Below, piece by piece: positions 1 to 13,735 of a stretch of 64,000 nucleotides of DNA (its first letter is position 1; the number at the start of each line of letters is the position of its first letter). The position numbers and the translations under genes were made by a program. This DNA comes from Nemertoderma westbladi (lineage: Eukaryota; Animalia; Xenacoelomorpha). The stretch lies in contig JAUCBJ010006610.1 in the NCBI GenBank assembly GCA_032718475.1, positions 62,001 through 126,000 of the forward strand, in the 5' to 3' direction. The notes below the pieces were generated by a model that was not told the origin of the DNA, made no database searches, and saw only the letters and a program-made list of their open reading frames with translations.

Positions 1-3000
1 CATCATGCTCCTGATGAGTGATCATGTCAGCTAAATACTTAGTAGGTAGCCGATAAGTGGGAAGGTCTTTGATGGTATTGACCCTTTCAACCTTTTCGTG
101 GATGGCGTCGTGGGTTTCTTTAGTCTTGGAATAGTGATGGTGGAAAAGCTGTGTCAAATAAGTTATCGCTTTACAAAGTCTTTTCCAAGAACTGTAGTGG
201 GCCATCGCTCTCTTCACTATACGTGAGAGTCCTTTTGAGACATCGGGTATACCAGTCTTCCAATCTCAACTCTGAATATATGCCGATGTTCCGTTTGGGG
301 TTGGCTGCGTAGTATCATTGTTGTCACCGACAGTGTGTAGAACCGATAGATCGAGCATTGGTTTAAACAGTTTGGATTTACTTGTCTGAGTCTTTGGTTT
401 AACAGTTTCCACTCCCTTGGCTTGTCTGATCTCGGCGGTGGTAAGATGGGGGAGGGGGGGGGGGGGGGCATTCCTCCCCTTCTTTACTCAGGAAGTCGGG
501 GCCACCTAGCCAATTTGGCGTCTCAGTTAATTCCTTGGGTATCGCTCTTCTGGAGACGATATCGGTGGGATTAATAGTCCCAGGGCAATATCTCCATTGG
601 TCCACCTTTGTCTGGCTGAGTATAATATCCACGCAGTTAGTTATAAAGACGCTGAACTGGCAGACTTCGTTAGTCAAATATTCTAGAACGAGTAATGCAT
701 CTGTCCAATAAACCGTTTTCTCCAACAGGTATACTATCTGTTCGGTGATATTCCTACCAATGGCGGTAGCATACAATGCTGCCTTTAATTCCGCTCTAAG
801 GACACGCAGCTTGTTGTTTATTAGAGCTTTCGAGGTGGCTAAGGAAACCTTAATTCTGTCCAGTGTATCGACTCTCAAATAAGCTACTATACCTATTCCA
901 ATATCACTGGCATCCGCAAAGACGTGGAGTTGATAGGAGTAGGTGGGGAGAACAGGACCGAAGTATGAGTGAGAAATCTTAAAGACTTCAATAAATGGTA
1001 AAGAGTTTTCCCACTTCATCCATTTCTTCAATAGTTTGCCCTTTAATTTGTCATCCCAAGAGTGGTTCTCGAGCCACATCTGCTGGACTAGACTCCGAGC
1101 AACCAGGATTACTGGGCTAATGAATCCAAATGGATAGAAACATGTACTCAGAATACTCAAGCAGTTGTTTTAATTGGAAGAACAAAATATCGCCCTCTGT
1201 ATCCCACTTTAGTCCGAGAGTTTTGGTTTCTGGGAGGTCGTCTTTAATGAGGTCGAGATCTTTACCACCTCATTCTTTCTCTGGGATCGCCTCCAGAAAC
1301 CCAAGAGAGTTGCTGGTGAATTTCGTTAACCGGAATCTACCGTGTTGAAGACACTCTACCTTTCCCTTGGCAACCTCTATAGCTTCTTTCACCGTAGGTA
1401 GTGACTTAAGGTTGTCGTTCATGTAGATGGCACATTTGATGTTATCGATGACTGCTTTGGGGAAGGCGTCTCGATTCTCATCTGTAGTAGTACGCACTAC
1501 TCAGCCGGCATTGGATGGACTAGAGATAATTCCGAAGGCCTGGATAGTCATCCAGTACTCTACTGGTTCTTCGTCGAAGTCACCATTAGGCCAACATAAG
1601 AAACGTAAGCTATCTCGGTCCCATTGCAGCGCTTTCACCTGAAGAAACATGCCTTCTATATCGGAGGCAAAGGCGATAGAATACTGCCGGAGTTGCAGTA
1701 GTATTCTCTACAATGATTGAAGTGGGTTGGGTCCTGGCAATAAATCAGAGTTGAGGGATTGTCCCTTATATAGCGCAGAGCCGTCGAACACCACCCGGAC
1801 TTCGTTGGGCTTTCCGGGTTTAGGAACGTAATGGTGTGTTAGATAATACATCCTCTCCATCATAGGTGTATCAGTTGGAACTCGCTCTGCGTATCCCTTG
1901 TCGATGAACTTTTTCAACTGGGTCTTTTACATCTCTTTGGCTTGGTCATTACTTGACAAACGTCGATGTAGTTGTTCGATTCTCTTGATGGCTAATGGTC
2001 AGTTGTTTACGAAGCTGGGTTCTCTCTTCCAGAATGGTAAACCGATCTCGTAACGACCCTCCTCCTTTAAATAACGAGTAGTCGTCGCTTGGATCTGCTT
2101 AGCCCTCTCCTCTGATAGAGCTTGATCATACGAGTTGGGTTCTACAGCTTCTTGCGTGAAGAATCACACTGCGAGTTCATCTCTCAGTTTAGCTTTGTAT
2201 CGCTCCACTACCTCATTGAGCTCATCATCCTTGTAAGCCAACAGTTCGTTATTAAGCTGTATTAAGTTACAGAGTTCGACTTGATCGAACCAAGTTTGAG
2301 TTTCAGTGAGGGGTTCTATAACATTCTCCTCGTCGTAGAGTGTTTGTATGTCGTCATTATGCGAGTAGCATGAAGTTTCCTCGGCTGTCAGCGTTTCATC
2401 CATCATGGCCTCCACTCTGTTTCATACTTGAGGGACTTGTTTGTCTTCTCCTCTTTCTCGGAGTGTACACCCAGAGGGTCCCGTGAAGTACCAACCCACT
2501 CTGGTTCTTCCCAAATATGTTTGTAAGGGTTGCGGTCATGCAGGTCGTTTTTCTTTAGTCTCGAGCACTTCGTGCATGTTTTTGCTGATGAGCATTTGAA
2601 CTCCCAGATAATCGGGTTTGAATCTGGGAACTCGGTGTCTCTGGGCGAAGAAGTCTTCGTCCTTGTCATAAGGTTCTACTTGACTAGCGGCAAAGTTCTT
2701 AATAGCTACCATCTTAAGGGACCTTATGCCGTTCTTACCAGATACATCCTAGGGAGTCGATAATGATCCCATATAATAGTCCATAGACACGGTTGATTTC
2801 CATACCTGCATGATTCCTGAGAGATTTAACGTAGTTCTTAATTTCTCCTGTCCTGCAAATATGTCTTCGGCCAAGTTCTTGTCTATAAAGGTGCCTGTAC
2901 TACCTGAATCAAGGAGGGCGTTAATGATTAAACTCTTACCTTGTCCATGTATCCTGAGCTGCGCCACTGGGAATTCTCTTATGCCTCTCGATGGTTGTGA

Positions 3001-6000
3001 GACCTTCCATGAGAATTGTTTATCCAGAAGGGATAGTTGGGCTTCCTCTCCGTCGGTAGTCGCCTCATGGGTAAGGGCATGGTATACTGTCGTAGTTGTA
3101 ACATAACCTCTTATCCCAAGTTACATTACGTCTATCTCTGAGGTCCTTCTTTAGGAATTCCTCACACTTACTAAGGTGATGGGGTCCTTCACATGACACA
3201 CAAGTTGGGTTAATATTAGTTACCTTAGGTTCTACATTGTTCTGCACTCGGGTTTTTTCTTCAGGTTTCTTACCTAGAATCCTTTTAGGTGACGTTGGAT
3301 GAGTCTTATGCTGTTCTCACTTTCCATCCTTGTGCCAATCTTTGGATTTTCCTACATCTTTTCTCTTACCTGTGTAGTAGACGTCGGTACTATTTGGTCC
3401 ACTGTCCTCATTGTAGGAGATTTGACTCTCATACTCGGTGTAGCATACAGGCATGACTTTTCTCCTAGCTACTGGTTTCTCAATTGTCTTGGTTTTGGGA
3501 GTTTTCTCTCTAGACTGTTTTATCAGGTGTAATCTTACCTCTCCAGTCAGGAAAGACATAGGTCCGCCATTGTAGGATCTCTCTTATGTTGATCCTCCAA
3601 GTAAAGCTCCTTTTTGTCCCAACGAGTATCCCCTCTGCCCTTAGGTCATGCCACTACAGCTTCTACCACCATAGAACTTTGGTACTGATGAGATTTACCT
3701 AACCATTCCAACTGTCTACATATCTCCTGAACCTCATCGGAAAACTCTATAATTCCATTGCTAGGGAATTTTCTGGGCGACACTAATTTTGCATACAAGT
3801 ATCTAGCTATGTTAGTCCTATTTCCATACCTGATATTTAGTTACCTGATCCCATACTTGTCTTAGACCGTCAGGATGTCCAATGAACTTTAATGCCATCA
3901 ATTTGGGAGGACCTTCCAAACACTCGATGAGGAATCTTAACTTCTCTCCATTTGATAGGACAGAGTTTTATATATTGTATTTATAATATTCATTAAAAGG
4001 CAACCACTTCATCTCATCTCCGTTAAACTTGACGACTTCGCCAACCTTCATGGCTTGTGGGGCCTCGGGTCTCGCCATCTGACGCATAAAGTTCTCCTGA
4101 GCCATCGTATTATTCAATATCGAATTATCCCAATATGTATTTCTTGGATTATTATCAGGCACATATGAGATATTATTATAAGTTGGTCTATTAATATTAT
4201 CAATATTATTGGCATGATCTGGTATAGGAGTTTCCACTTCACTAGCCGTATAGATGCGCTATGCTCTACACCTTTCGCATATGATTCACACCTAAGCGGT
4301 TGAAATACAGTTACCAGGGGTGGTGGTATACCCTTTTTTATGTTTACTAATTTATCGCTTTCTAGTTGCCGTACTTCTTGCAACTCTATTTTATTCTCTC
4401 GTACTGTTCCCTTTTATGATCCAACAGTACCCTCCAAATCTCTGAGCTGTGCAGCTGATTTGGCCTTAGGATGGGCCATCTGCCGTAGCAGTTCCCCCAT
4501 CTCCCTACGTCTCTCCTCCATCCACTCGACCGCTGGAGTGGGAGTTGCCAACAGAGTGGCAGTGGGATGGCACATCGGGTAATGGGAGACAGCCCTAGTC
4601 CAAACGACTTGCGTTCTCTTTGGGGGTTTTCAGCCGACAATACAGGGATTTGGCTACTGGTTAAGGGAGTATTTTTACTTTCTAAAGGGAATCTAGGATC
4701 ATATCCGAGCAGTAGAGGAGTCTCCTTTAATGGAGTAGACTTAACAACAGGCCTACTTATTTCAGGCTCATCTAAAATAGTAGGAAGCCTATTCGATTCG
4801 TCTACCTGCGTTATTGATTGGCCAGATATTAAGTCTGTATTCGCCAATGCTCTCCTCACAGGGGGAGGCAAGTCAGGTAATTTGCATTCTATGGGAGCTC
4901 ATCTACGCCCATTGGAATGGGATTTGTAACTCCGACATTCTGATCCAGTTGTAGTCCCTTCATCGGAGGATGTAGAAAATCTGTGTCTCTTGGAAGTTAA
5001 ACGACTTCTAATTTGCGCTTGAACCGTTTCTCTTTGCTTTTGTATCAGTTCTTGTCTCGTTTGGATAGTGTCAAACTCTAGTTGAGCCAATGCTTCAGAT
5101 GCAGCCTTAGCAGCTGCTCTTTTTGTTTCTTCTTCTACTTCCTTTCTCTTTGCTGCTTCAGCATGTACTTTAGCTGCATCAGCTTCTCGCTGAGCTTCCT
5201 CTTCTATCAGTCTCCTTTTCACTGCTCTAGATCTTTCTTGTTCGATAAAAGTTGCTTTGTCTGCTTTATCCTGTTCAGCAGCCTGCATCTCCGCTCCTAT
5301 TGCGTCCAGTATGTTACCGGCTGCTTCACTGCTAGGATGCAGTCCAGCTAGACGTCTTCTTAGCTCCCGATCTCCTATTAATTGCTGGTAGTCTGACAAA
5401 TAAATGTCAATAGCATTTTTCTTAGGCTGCCCTTCAAGCTCTACTTCCCCTTATCCATTTGAAAGAACTGTGTCAGTGGATTCCCCATACACGAGTTGAT
5501 CAGCCAACTGGTTTTTCCACATGGCAATTCCCTGAACCTTATCATTGATTCGTTGAAACCATACTCGCACCGCTACCTGCAGGGAGGTATCTTGCCTTCT
5601 CTTATAGGCTTCTTGGAATGCTCACAAAATTAATCTAATCCTTAAGATCCGCTCCTGCACTTGGAACAAGAGTAGTCCTTACACTTGAGGTTCCAACTGT
5701 CCTCGGAATAGTTGTGTTTCCAGTCGTCCCATGGAGTTAAAGAATCCCTGCACGTAACCGGATGCTGACCTCTTCCACACCGCAGGGTCTCGGGTCTCCC
5801 GATTTACTCATAGCTGATATAAGTCCTCCCATGGAACTTCGGAGAAGTTTAAGGGAATTCCGGGTCTGGGAAAGTTCCAATGCTACTCAACTAAGGATTC
5901 CAATTCTTCCCGCAAATATCCGGCGTAACTCTCCTTAGTCAGTCTTCTAATTCCTTACCCAATCCGCTAAATGCTCTTCCAAAGCTGGAAGAAATTGGGT

Positions 6001-6372
6001 GAGCATACCTCCAGGGAAAAAGAAGAGGGGGTTGGCATCAGCTACCTCTGCTATTCTTTGATCAGCCGCTGTAGGTGTCAGTTCTTCTGTACTAGAGTGG
6101 TTATCGCTGGATCGTTCAGGGGTTGCTGGTGGTTCATTCTGACGTGCTTGATCTGCTGCCGCAGCTTGAACTCGTTTCACTTGGGCCCTAGTGCCTATAA
6201 TAGACCTATGGTGCTTCACTAACCTAGGTTCCGACACAACTACTGTAGGGATAGCCTTTCTTATAGTAGGTGGAGACTTAGACTTCGGTCGGGTCCTTTC
6301 TACACTTTGATCGGGGTCACAGATTGTCTGTTCTAATATGCTATCCAACAGGGTGTATTTTGAATCAGACAT
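1..6372 (-). pseudogene. gag-pol polyprotein pseudogene of BEL-1 (many stops and frameshifts)
   Basis: ORF pieces 5947-6372, 4899-5399, 4386-4871, 3968-4237, 3317-3559, 2749-2967, 2164-2415, 1708-1917, 1270-1497 and 399-1160 align in order with the 46863-38095 polyprotein. Confidence 0.93.
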
Positions 6373-7488
6373 TATGAGATGTTTCCTTACTGAATGCCTA
6401 TTACTATATAACAGTCAAGTTGGTTTAACAAATCAGTATCAACTGTCAGTCTTACAGTGATAACGTATTGCTACCCAGACAATAATCAGACAACAATGTA
6501 TAAAATACTGGTATACAATATAGTATATATAACAGTATTACAGAAAACTGATATCACTCCTGAGTACTGGTATATGCGTATAGCCTAAATTATTAAGTAT
6601 ATAATAAACATACTGTTAGTACCGGTATGTTCAAGAATTAAGCAATAAGTGATCTTGATCTGTCAGTTATAGGAATTAGTTTCCGTTTACTTAGCGCTGA
6701 TGTCAGCATATTTGGTTGAGACTTAGTTGGATCTAACAGGCCTACGGGTTTTAAATCTGATGAAATAAAGTTTAAATTGAGGTAGATATATATATATATA
6801 TGTATATATATATATGTACCGGGTTTAATTAATATTTATCCAGAAGTTCAGAGGGTTATGAACCACAGTCAATTATTGTTATAAAGCACAATGAATTATT
6901 GTTCTTACTCGGTCACAGTAAGCATGGTAAACACTCCTTAGGGAGAGTTTATAGACACTAATTAATAATAAGTTCTACTGACTAAGTTACTTATCACTAC
7001 AAATTACTCAAATACGTACGGCGGGTTGAGATTACACAATCTCTAAATAAACAATAAACAAAAATACAATTTTAAGGGTAAATTTAACAAGAATTTTACT
7101 GTCCAGAACTTGAATTTCTGGTTCTTACAGGGGTAATACGGAATTTTGAAACCAATATAGTAGCATTCAATAGTTCGGGTTGTCTAGATAAGGAGATGCC
7201 ACCATCTGACAGTGTATAGTCTACACTATAAACAAACGTACCCAGAGTGTCCTATACCTAGAAGTTAATTTTCGTAGTCTACGCTAACAGACCTATTAAC
7301 CACTTTACAACTCAAATATACTGCATATACACAAAATTAAATTTCAGGAAAGTGTTGTACTCTAAACCCTAGTTAGATATGAAGTACGCAGTTAAACAAA
7401 CTTGAACAGCTAAAAGAACCACAGCATCTGCCGGGTGACCGGAGTACAATATCACCAGTCTGTCCTAAGCCAAGCAGTCCTGAAATAG

Positions 7489-9984
7489 GGATCTAGGACA
7501 CTTCCCCCCGGACACTTCCCCCCCCGGACACTTCCCCCCCGGACACTTCCCCCCCGGACACTTCCCCCCCGCCCAAGTAGGACACTTCCCCCCCGGACAC
7601 TTGCCCCCCGGACACTTCCCACCCAGTTAAAGTGTTAAAATTAATCTGGGTGCATCAAAGCAATAAACAAAAGTTAAAGATGGTTACAGGACAAGTTATA
7701 TCTAGATTCAAAATTATAAAATAAACGTTTTGTTTGTTTTTCTTTTAATTCCTTTAATTATTTTAATTTCTTTTAATTGGGGGCTGCCGCCCCCAAACCC
7801 CCGCTTCTGTTGTTGGGGGCTACCGCCCCCACACCCCCGCTTCTTTTCTTGGGGGCTGCCGCCCCCAAACCCCCGCTTCTTTTCTTGGGGGTTATCGCCC
7901 CCAGACCCCGGTATTTCCCTGAGTGCCCGTGGTGAAAGACTTAAGACCACTTTGAAATATTTAATTCATGTTTGTATCATCAGATAATAAATTGACTAAG
8001 CCTAAAGTAGGAGCTGTATTGAATGTTAACCAATTTAATATATAAATAGATAAGATAAGATAATTCTTTTATTCACAAATACTTCTAAGCCTTATTAGGG
8101 CTACGAAGGCAGTATACGCAATACATATGTAGTACACGATACTGATAATTTAGGTGAATAAGCGTCTATAATCAAACAGCTGTCTTAGACAGACTGACTT
8201 ACCTACGGTAGACCGCCTCGCCCTACATAAAGTATTAAAGGATTTTAATATACAGTAGATATTGCACAGAAAACATATTAATTTACCCATGCCTACTGTA
8301 TGCTATACACAACACATACAGCGCATATACATACAGACAGCACATACACACACACATACATACAGTATTCTAATATACACACATATACAATAAAGGTACT
8401 ACTACACAGAGCCGGGCTGCTATATATATTATTGAAATCACAAAAAGGTATAACAAATACTATTCAATTAACAAAAAGAATTAAAGATCTATGTAATTTC
8501 CTCCCTGTTATACCTAGTTAATAAGTGTTTGTGTAGTTTAAATTTGTATGTTTGGAATTTTTTTATTTTGCGTATTGAAATAGGCAGGGCATTCCATTGT
8601 TTTATCAGGTATGTACTAATATTGTAGTGGCCCTGTGTACTTGTTGTGCGTGGAAGTTTCAGATTGTATGTTCTAGAATTTAATTGCGTATTGTTACGTT
8701 TTAAATACGGTAGCTCTAGGAGTTTGAATGGTTTGCTTAAGTTATATATGTATCTAAATAAGAAAATTAGGCCGAAGAAGCTCCTATATTGAGAAAGTGT
8801 AGGTATTTTTGCCCTTTCTCGAAGTTCTGTCCCAGTAGAATCCCTTATTTTTTTACCAAAAATTGTTCTCAAAGCCATATTTTGTATTTTTTCGTATTTG
8901 TATAATAACTTTTTGTAACCATGTCGATTGTGGAGTGAGGTTAATAACATACAGCAGTAGTGGTGATGTGGCAAGACAAGCGATTTATATATATTGATTT
9001 TAGTTGAATTGGGTAGTTGGCCTTTTATTTTTCGAATACAAGACAGTGCAATTGCCATTTTTTGAAGAGATTTTTCGATTTGTTCTTTCCAATTAAGGTA
9101 TTTATTTATTAATACACCCAGATATTTTACTGTAGTGCTTTGTTCTATGGGAGGTGCATTGTCAATATTTAGTTTAATGTTATTAGTCTGTTCGTTGGGT
9201 TTTCGAGGTGATAGTAGTAAGTATTCTGTTTTTTCTGGGTTTAATTTCATCCTATTAGTGTTATAAATTGTCGACATTTTATTGATATTTACACTTAATA
9301 AATGGGTTGCTACATGTGGATATTCATAAATTACTACAATATTATATAATTCAACAAAATCCTATTAAAAATATTGCAAGTAACCAGGAAATTTAATATG
9401 TAGTGTGTATAATATCTATATAGTATGTATAGTAGTAATATGTATATCAATATGTAATGCTGAACACAGAATACAGGTCGAAGCATGTCGATTTTACCCT
9501 GGAGAGGTATAATTTTGATTGCAACAATAATATTCATCCCCATCTGCTACAATTTGAAGAAGTCTATTACATAATAATACCTATAATTAAAACAATTAAT
9601 TATTATAATTCTATAGTTAATAAAAACAGGTTATCATTCCGGGGATGGAATTTATAGGTCATCTAATATAATTAATTGTTTAAAGATTAGCAAACAATAC
9701 GATGTAATTGCATTGATAAAACCCATGAATAAAACTTGGATATAAAATGTAAAATCGGGATGCAAAAGATCACTTTCTGAGCTACGAAAGGAAAATTGGA
9801 TACAACTTATCTGGATACAAGCGGTCCGTTTACCTTACAAAATGAAAAATACGAATGTGCGAAGTTAAGAACAGTCGGGGGGGAAGTGTCCGCGGGGGGG
9901 GAAGTGTCTGGGGGGGAAGTGTCCGGGGGGGAAGTGTCCTACTTGAGCGGGGGGGAACTGTCCGGGGGGAAGTGTCCGAACACC
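7489..9984. mobile_element. Non-autonomous Mutator-like (MULE/Rehavkus-type) DNA transposon inserted in the BEL-1 leader
   Basis: 9-bp target duplication CTGAAATAG at 7480-7488 and 9985-9993. Imperfect TIRs GG..GGACACTTCCCCCCGG / CCGGGGGGAAGTGTCC..CC, with arrays of a ~15-bp GGACACTTCCCCCCC subterminal repeat inverted at each end. The paralogous BEL-2 leader near 48040-48065 shows the empty site. Confidence 0.85.
8046..9335 (-). mobile_element. 5'-truncated CR1/L2-type LINE (C-terminal RT region and 3' UTR) nested in the MULE-like element
   Basis: ORF 8489-9277 has KLNPEKTE...VKYLGVLI...LNWKEQI...IYKSLVLPH...WNALP. The 3' end has AATAAA followed by a (TCTTA)n tail on the - strand near 8046-8075. 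The 5' boundary is approximate. Confidence 0.85.
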
Positions 9985-10677
9985 CTGAAATAGTACTGGG
10001 GTTAATTTAACTATTACGGTATGTACAACTTAGCAGAATTATTGCAGAAATATGTATACTTAGGGACATGAAGGTTGCAAATTACTTGCATAAACTCTGA
10101 ATAATAAGTATTACGCTACCTTTACAGATTACCAAAAACAAAACACAAACCGAAATGCTGACAGACCACCATCAAATCTAAAATAAACCACAGTAGATGA
10201 AGTTTCCAAAATCATTAGTTAGTACACTTTCCAAACTAAATGATACAACTTATTTTTAATGGGGGGTTTACCTTACAGCTATGGATGCCCCCACTACCTA
10301 ACTCGTGCTCTATCGGATCAATAACCTACAATACTGTAATCTACTTCAAATCCAACAATAATCAGGCAACAACTCAGCCTATGGATTACCTTTACAACTT
10401 GAGCAGGATTAGACACCTTCTGCTCAATATTACACTTAAAGACAAACAAAGTTGACAGAAACAAGTAAAATCTCAATAAAAAACACCATTAACTACTAAG
10501 ACCTACTGATATACAATTATCACAATAGAATTAATACTGATGTACAATAGCGGACCGGTACCGCTAGGCCTACGGGTTACCGGTCGACCGGTAAAGTACA
10601 GGTTTTATTGCCTACGGAACAATAATAATAAAAAATATGTTACTGTTTAGAGGAATTATAGGTTACAAGTAAATCAT

Positions 10678-13012
10678 TGTGTGCGCTTTTAGAACTTTAA
10701 CAGTTTGACCTGTTAATTTAAGTGTCTTATGATGTCTGACAGCCCGTACAAATATGACCACAGCCGAAGCCAGTCTAGAGCGGCATATGACCCACTGGAG
10801 GTGGGAGAATGGATTCGATGGCAGAGAGAACCGTATGCTACTTTGTATTATTCAATTGATCTCTACTATATAATCTCCAAAAACTATGTTTATTTTCAGT
10901 GAAATACCAACATTTCCTTTCAGGTGCTACGCTTTAAATACCACGCAGAGATATGACTTATACTAATTACAACGGATGGACATGAGACTGCGCAGTGTTT
11001 ACATTCTTAAGGATTGTATAATTATTCGCTCGCATTCACACAACTGACAATATTACTGAAATACGCTAATTTGCCGACTATCACCAATTTTACTCGCATA
11101 TAAGGATAAGTCATCATGACTCATGTACATTGGGGACTATGAAACAGCATCAACTCATACAAACCACTGTTATTTGAACTTTGCAATTGTGAATAGTAAA
11201 CCCCTCTGCTTACCTCAATGATCATGAAAACCAAGAGATCTACCGGTTATTCATAAGTATTCTCCAACCATTAACATTAATCAATATGTAACAAATCGCA
11301 GTATTATAACAATATAAACAATATAAATTACGCGGTGTGCGGCATTTAATCATCACAAGTCCCTAAAAGGTGCCACCCTGCTCCATAGCGCGGGAAATTC
11401 AAATGATTGAAAGACATGTTATTTGTACTGGAAAGGGTGGCAGATCAGATCTGCCACCTATATATTGGCGGTAAATTCAAATCTGTTTTAACATTGAATA
11501 CATGAATAGAGTAAGACCAATCTTCCAATGTAATTCATTGAATCAGAATAAATTATTTATTATCGGTTTAACTCACTCATCCGTTAATGTTGTTGATTTA
11601 TCTATTCTGGGACTTCGAGCAGTACGTGAACAACTAAACCAGCACGCTAACTACCGGTAGTCTGGGGCTTCGAGCACCACGTGAACAACTAAACTGGCTG
11701 GTTACCTAGTCTGGGACTTCGAGCAGCACGTGAACAACTAAACCAGCACGTTAACTAGTCTGGGACTTCGAGCAGCACGTGTACAACTAAGCTGCCTGGT
11801 TAACAAGTCTGGGACTTCGAGCAGCACGTAAACAACTAAAGCTGACTGGTTAACTAGTCTGGGACAGATATAGCAGTATAAGCAGAAGCATTATACACCT
11901 ATTGTTATTACAGTAGGCCTACCTGCGATATATTTTACTATCAGTTCCCTGCTATATTGTTATAATTATATTGTTCTGATGTAATTATAACTGATACAAG
12001 CAAATAACAAATGTTCTTTACATTTTACTGATAGAAGTTAAGCCAAATACCTCGATCCACCCCCTTCTCAATTTGCGAGTTTGCTCGAAGTCCCAGACTA
12101 GTTAACCAGTCAGCTTAGTTGTTCACGTGCTACTGGAAGTCCCAGACTATAGTTAACCAGTCAGCTTAGTTGCTCACGTGCTGCTCGAAGCCCCAAACTA
12201 GTTAACGTGCTGGTTTAGTTTTAGTTGTTCACGTGCTGCTCGAAGTCCCAGACTAGGTATCCAGCCAGTTTATTTGTTCACGTGCTGCTCTATGCCCCAG
12301 ACTAGTTAACGTCAGGTTTAGTTGTTCACGTGCTGCTCGATGTCCCAGACTACCAGAATAGATAAAACAACAACAATAACGGATGAGTGAGTTAAACCGA
12401 TAAGAAATAATTTATTCTGATTCAATGAATTACATTTAGTCTTACTCTATTCATGTATTCAATGTTAAAACAGATTTGAATTAACCGCCAAAATATAGGT
12501 AGCAGATCTGATCTGCCACCCTTTCCAGTACAAAATTACATGTCTTTCAATCATTTGAATTTCCCGCGCTATGGAGCAGGGTGGCACCTTTTAGGGACTT
12601 GTTTTAATCATCAGTCAGATGTCAGAAAGTCAGGAATGGACGAGAGATAATTTACTGTGCTGTGTAATTCCCTGACACTCTAGCCTCATAATCTTTTGGG
12701 CAAAGTCAGAAAATGAATAAACACTCACACTGAAGGGCTGCAAGAATATTCTTGCCTCAAGTAGTCCACAAAGGATGAATCAAATCGAACGCCATAGAAT
12801 GTATGGAACGCAATCAGGGACCAGTTACCATGCCATCAACTCGTAACCAATGGATCCGGTAATTCAGGCTATGGTGACTAACAAAGAAGAATGTAAACAA
12901 AGGGAATATTATCCAATGAGTGGTGATTTCGTAATCTGTGCATCAGAGTTTCTGTGGGAATGTACGGGAAAGTGTTGTACTTAGAATAAACGCTGGAGGG
13001 AGTAAGTTTACA
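10678..13012 (-). repeat. 5' LTR of BEL-1 (about 1.08 kb after removing the 11355-12602 insertion)
   Basis: TGT...ACA ends. Shares blocks with the BEL-2 LTRs (GCCGAAGCCAG, CAGAGATATGACTT, termini TGTGTGCGCTTTT vs TGTACGCGCTTTT and AAGTTTACA vs AAGCTTTTACA). Confidence 0.8.
11355..12602. mobile_element. Foldback/MITE-like element with long TIRs inserted in the BEL-1 LTR
   Basis: TIRs of about 250 bp (ACAAGTCCCTAAAAGGTGCCACCC... / ...GGGTGGCACCTTTTAGGGACTTGT), each followed inward by ~5 copies of a ~49-bp repeat. 10-bp target duplication TTTAATCATC at 11345-11354 and 12603-12612. Confidence 0.9.
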
Positions 13013-13634
13013 TTAGTTCATAAAATACAAAGTTCTTGAGAGTTTTTCAAGGGTTTAGGGTAACCAGCGCATTGTGTAAGATGGGGACATTTTGGCCGCA
13101 AAAGCTTTAACATATTGTAATTTTGGTGCTCTTTTAGTGTCTATTATAAAATAAACAATGAAGATTTTATTCTAATTTCGCTTTCGATTACTAATAATTA
13201 ATTAGACTAACCAAAAAAGCAAAATATGGTTTAATGGTTTTACCAATTAAATTAAATTATTGAATAAGGGTGATGTATTTTGAGTTCATGTTCCCAGTGT
13301 TTTCGATCTTGTGCGAGATTTCGCAGTGATTTGACAGGGTGGCGGGGGTTGGGTGGTTTGACGTGGGCAGCGCTGCAACAGTACATACGGTGACAGTTAT
13401 CGTCCATCTCATTTACAGTAACACAGGCCCTTCATCACCTTACTAGCGCAAGATACTGCGGTGAAGGTCCGCAATAGGAGTTCAAGAATCATCCTGTGCA
13501 ATTAATTATATTGCAATACGCCTATAAATCTTGTCTTACCTATTGAAAAAATAAACATATTGATTATTGATGTAGAAGGGTAGTCCTACAGTACTATGTA
13601 TAGGGTAATTTAACTTTCTGCTGTTTATTTTTAG

Positions 13635-13696
13635 GCCCAATTGGTCCACCCGGTCCGCCAGGAATTCGTGGTAACGATGGGAAACACGGATATCCT
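13635..13696 (+). CDS. Collagen exon A (GPIGPPGPPGIRGNDGKHGYP)
   Basis: tttttAG acceptor, GTAAGT donor, uninterrupted Gly-X-Y; phase 1 in, phase 0 out. Confidence 0.9.
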
Positions 13697-13735
13697 GTAA
13701 GTATTTGTTACCCTGTAAGTATTTGTCAACCCGTC

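Larger units (their letters stand above)
1..13012 (-). mobile_element. Degenerate BEL/Pao LTR retrotransposon (BEL-1); 3' part lies beyond the left window edge; carries nested insertions
   Basis: Fragmented ORFs with BEL/Pao motifs (protease ALLDSGS, RT VRVVFDGSA...LLPGP and YMND, RNase H LHVFADAS...WTDA) collinear with the element at 31482-50403. Leader (6373-10677) and LTR are homologous to that element. Confidence 0.95.

Noticed and set aside
7714-7987. Short repetitive ORFs (GGGSPQ / WGLPPPNPRF)
   Set aside because: Translations of a ~39-bp internal repeat of the MULE-like element.
11600-12360. CRISPR-like array of ~35-bp repeats with short variable gaps
   Set aside because: The gaps are short and related to each other, the array is mirrored as an inverted set inside a TIR element, the context is eukaryotic and there are no cas genes.
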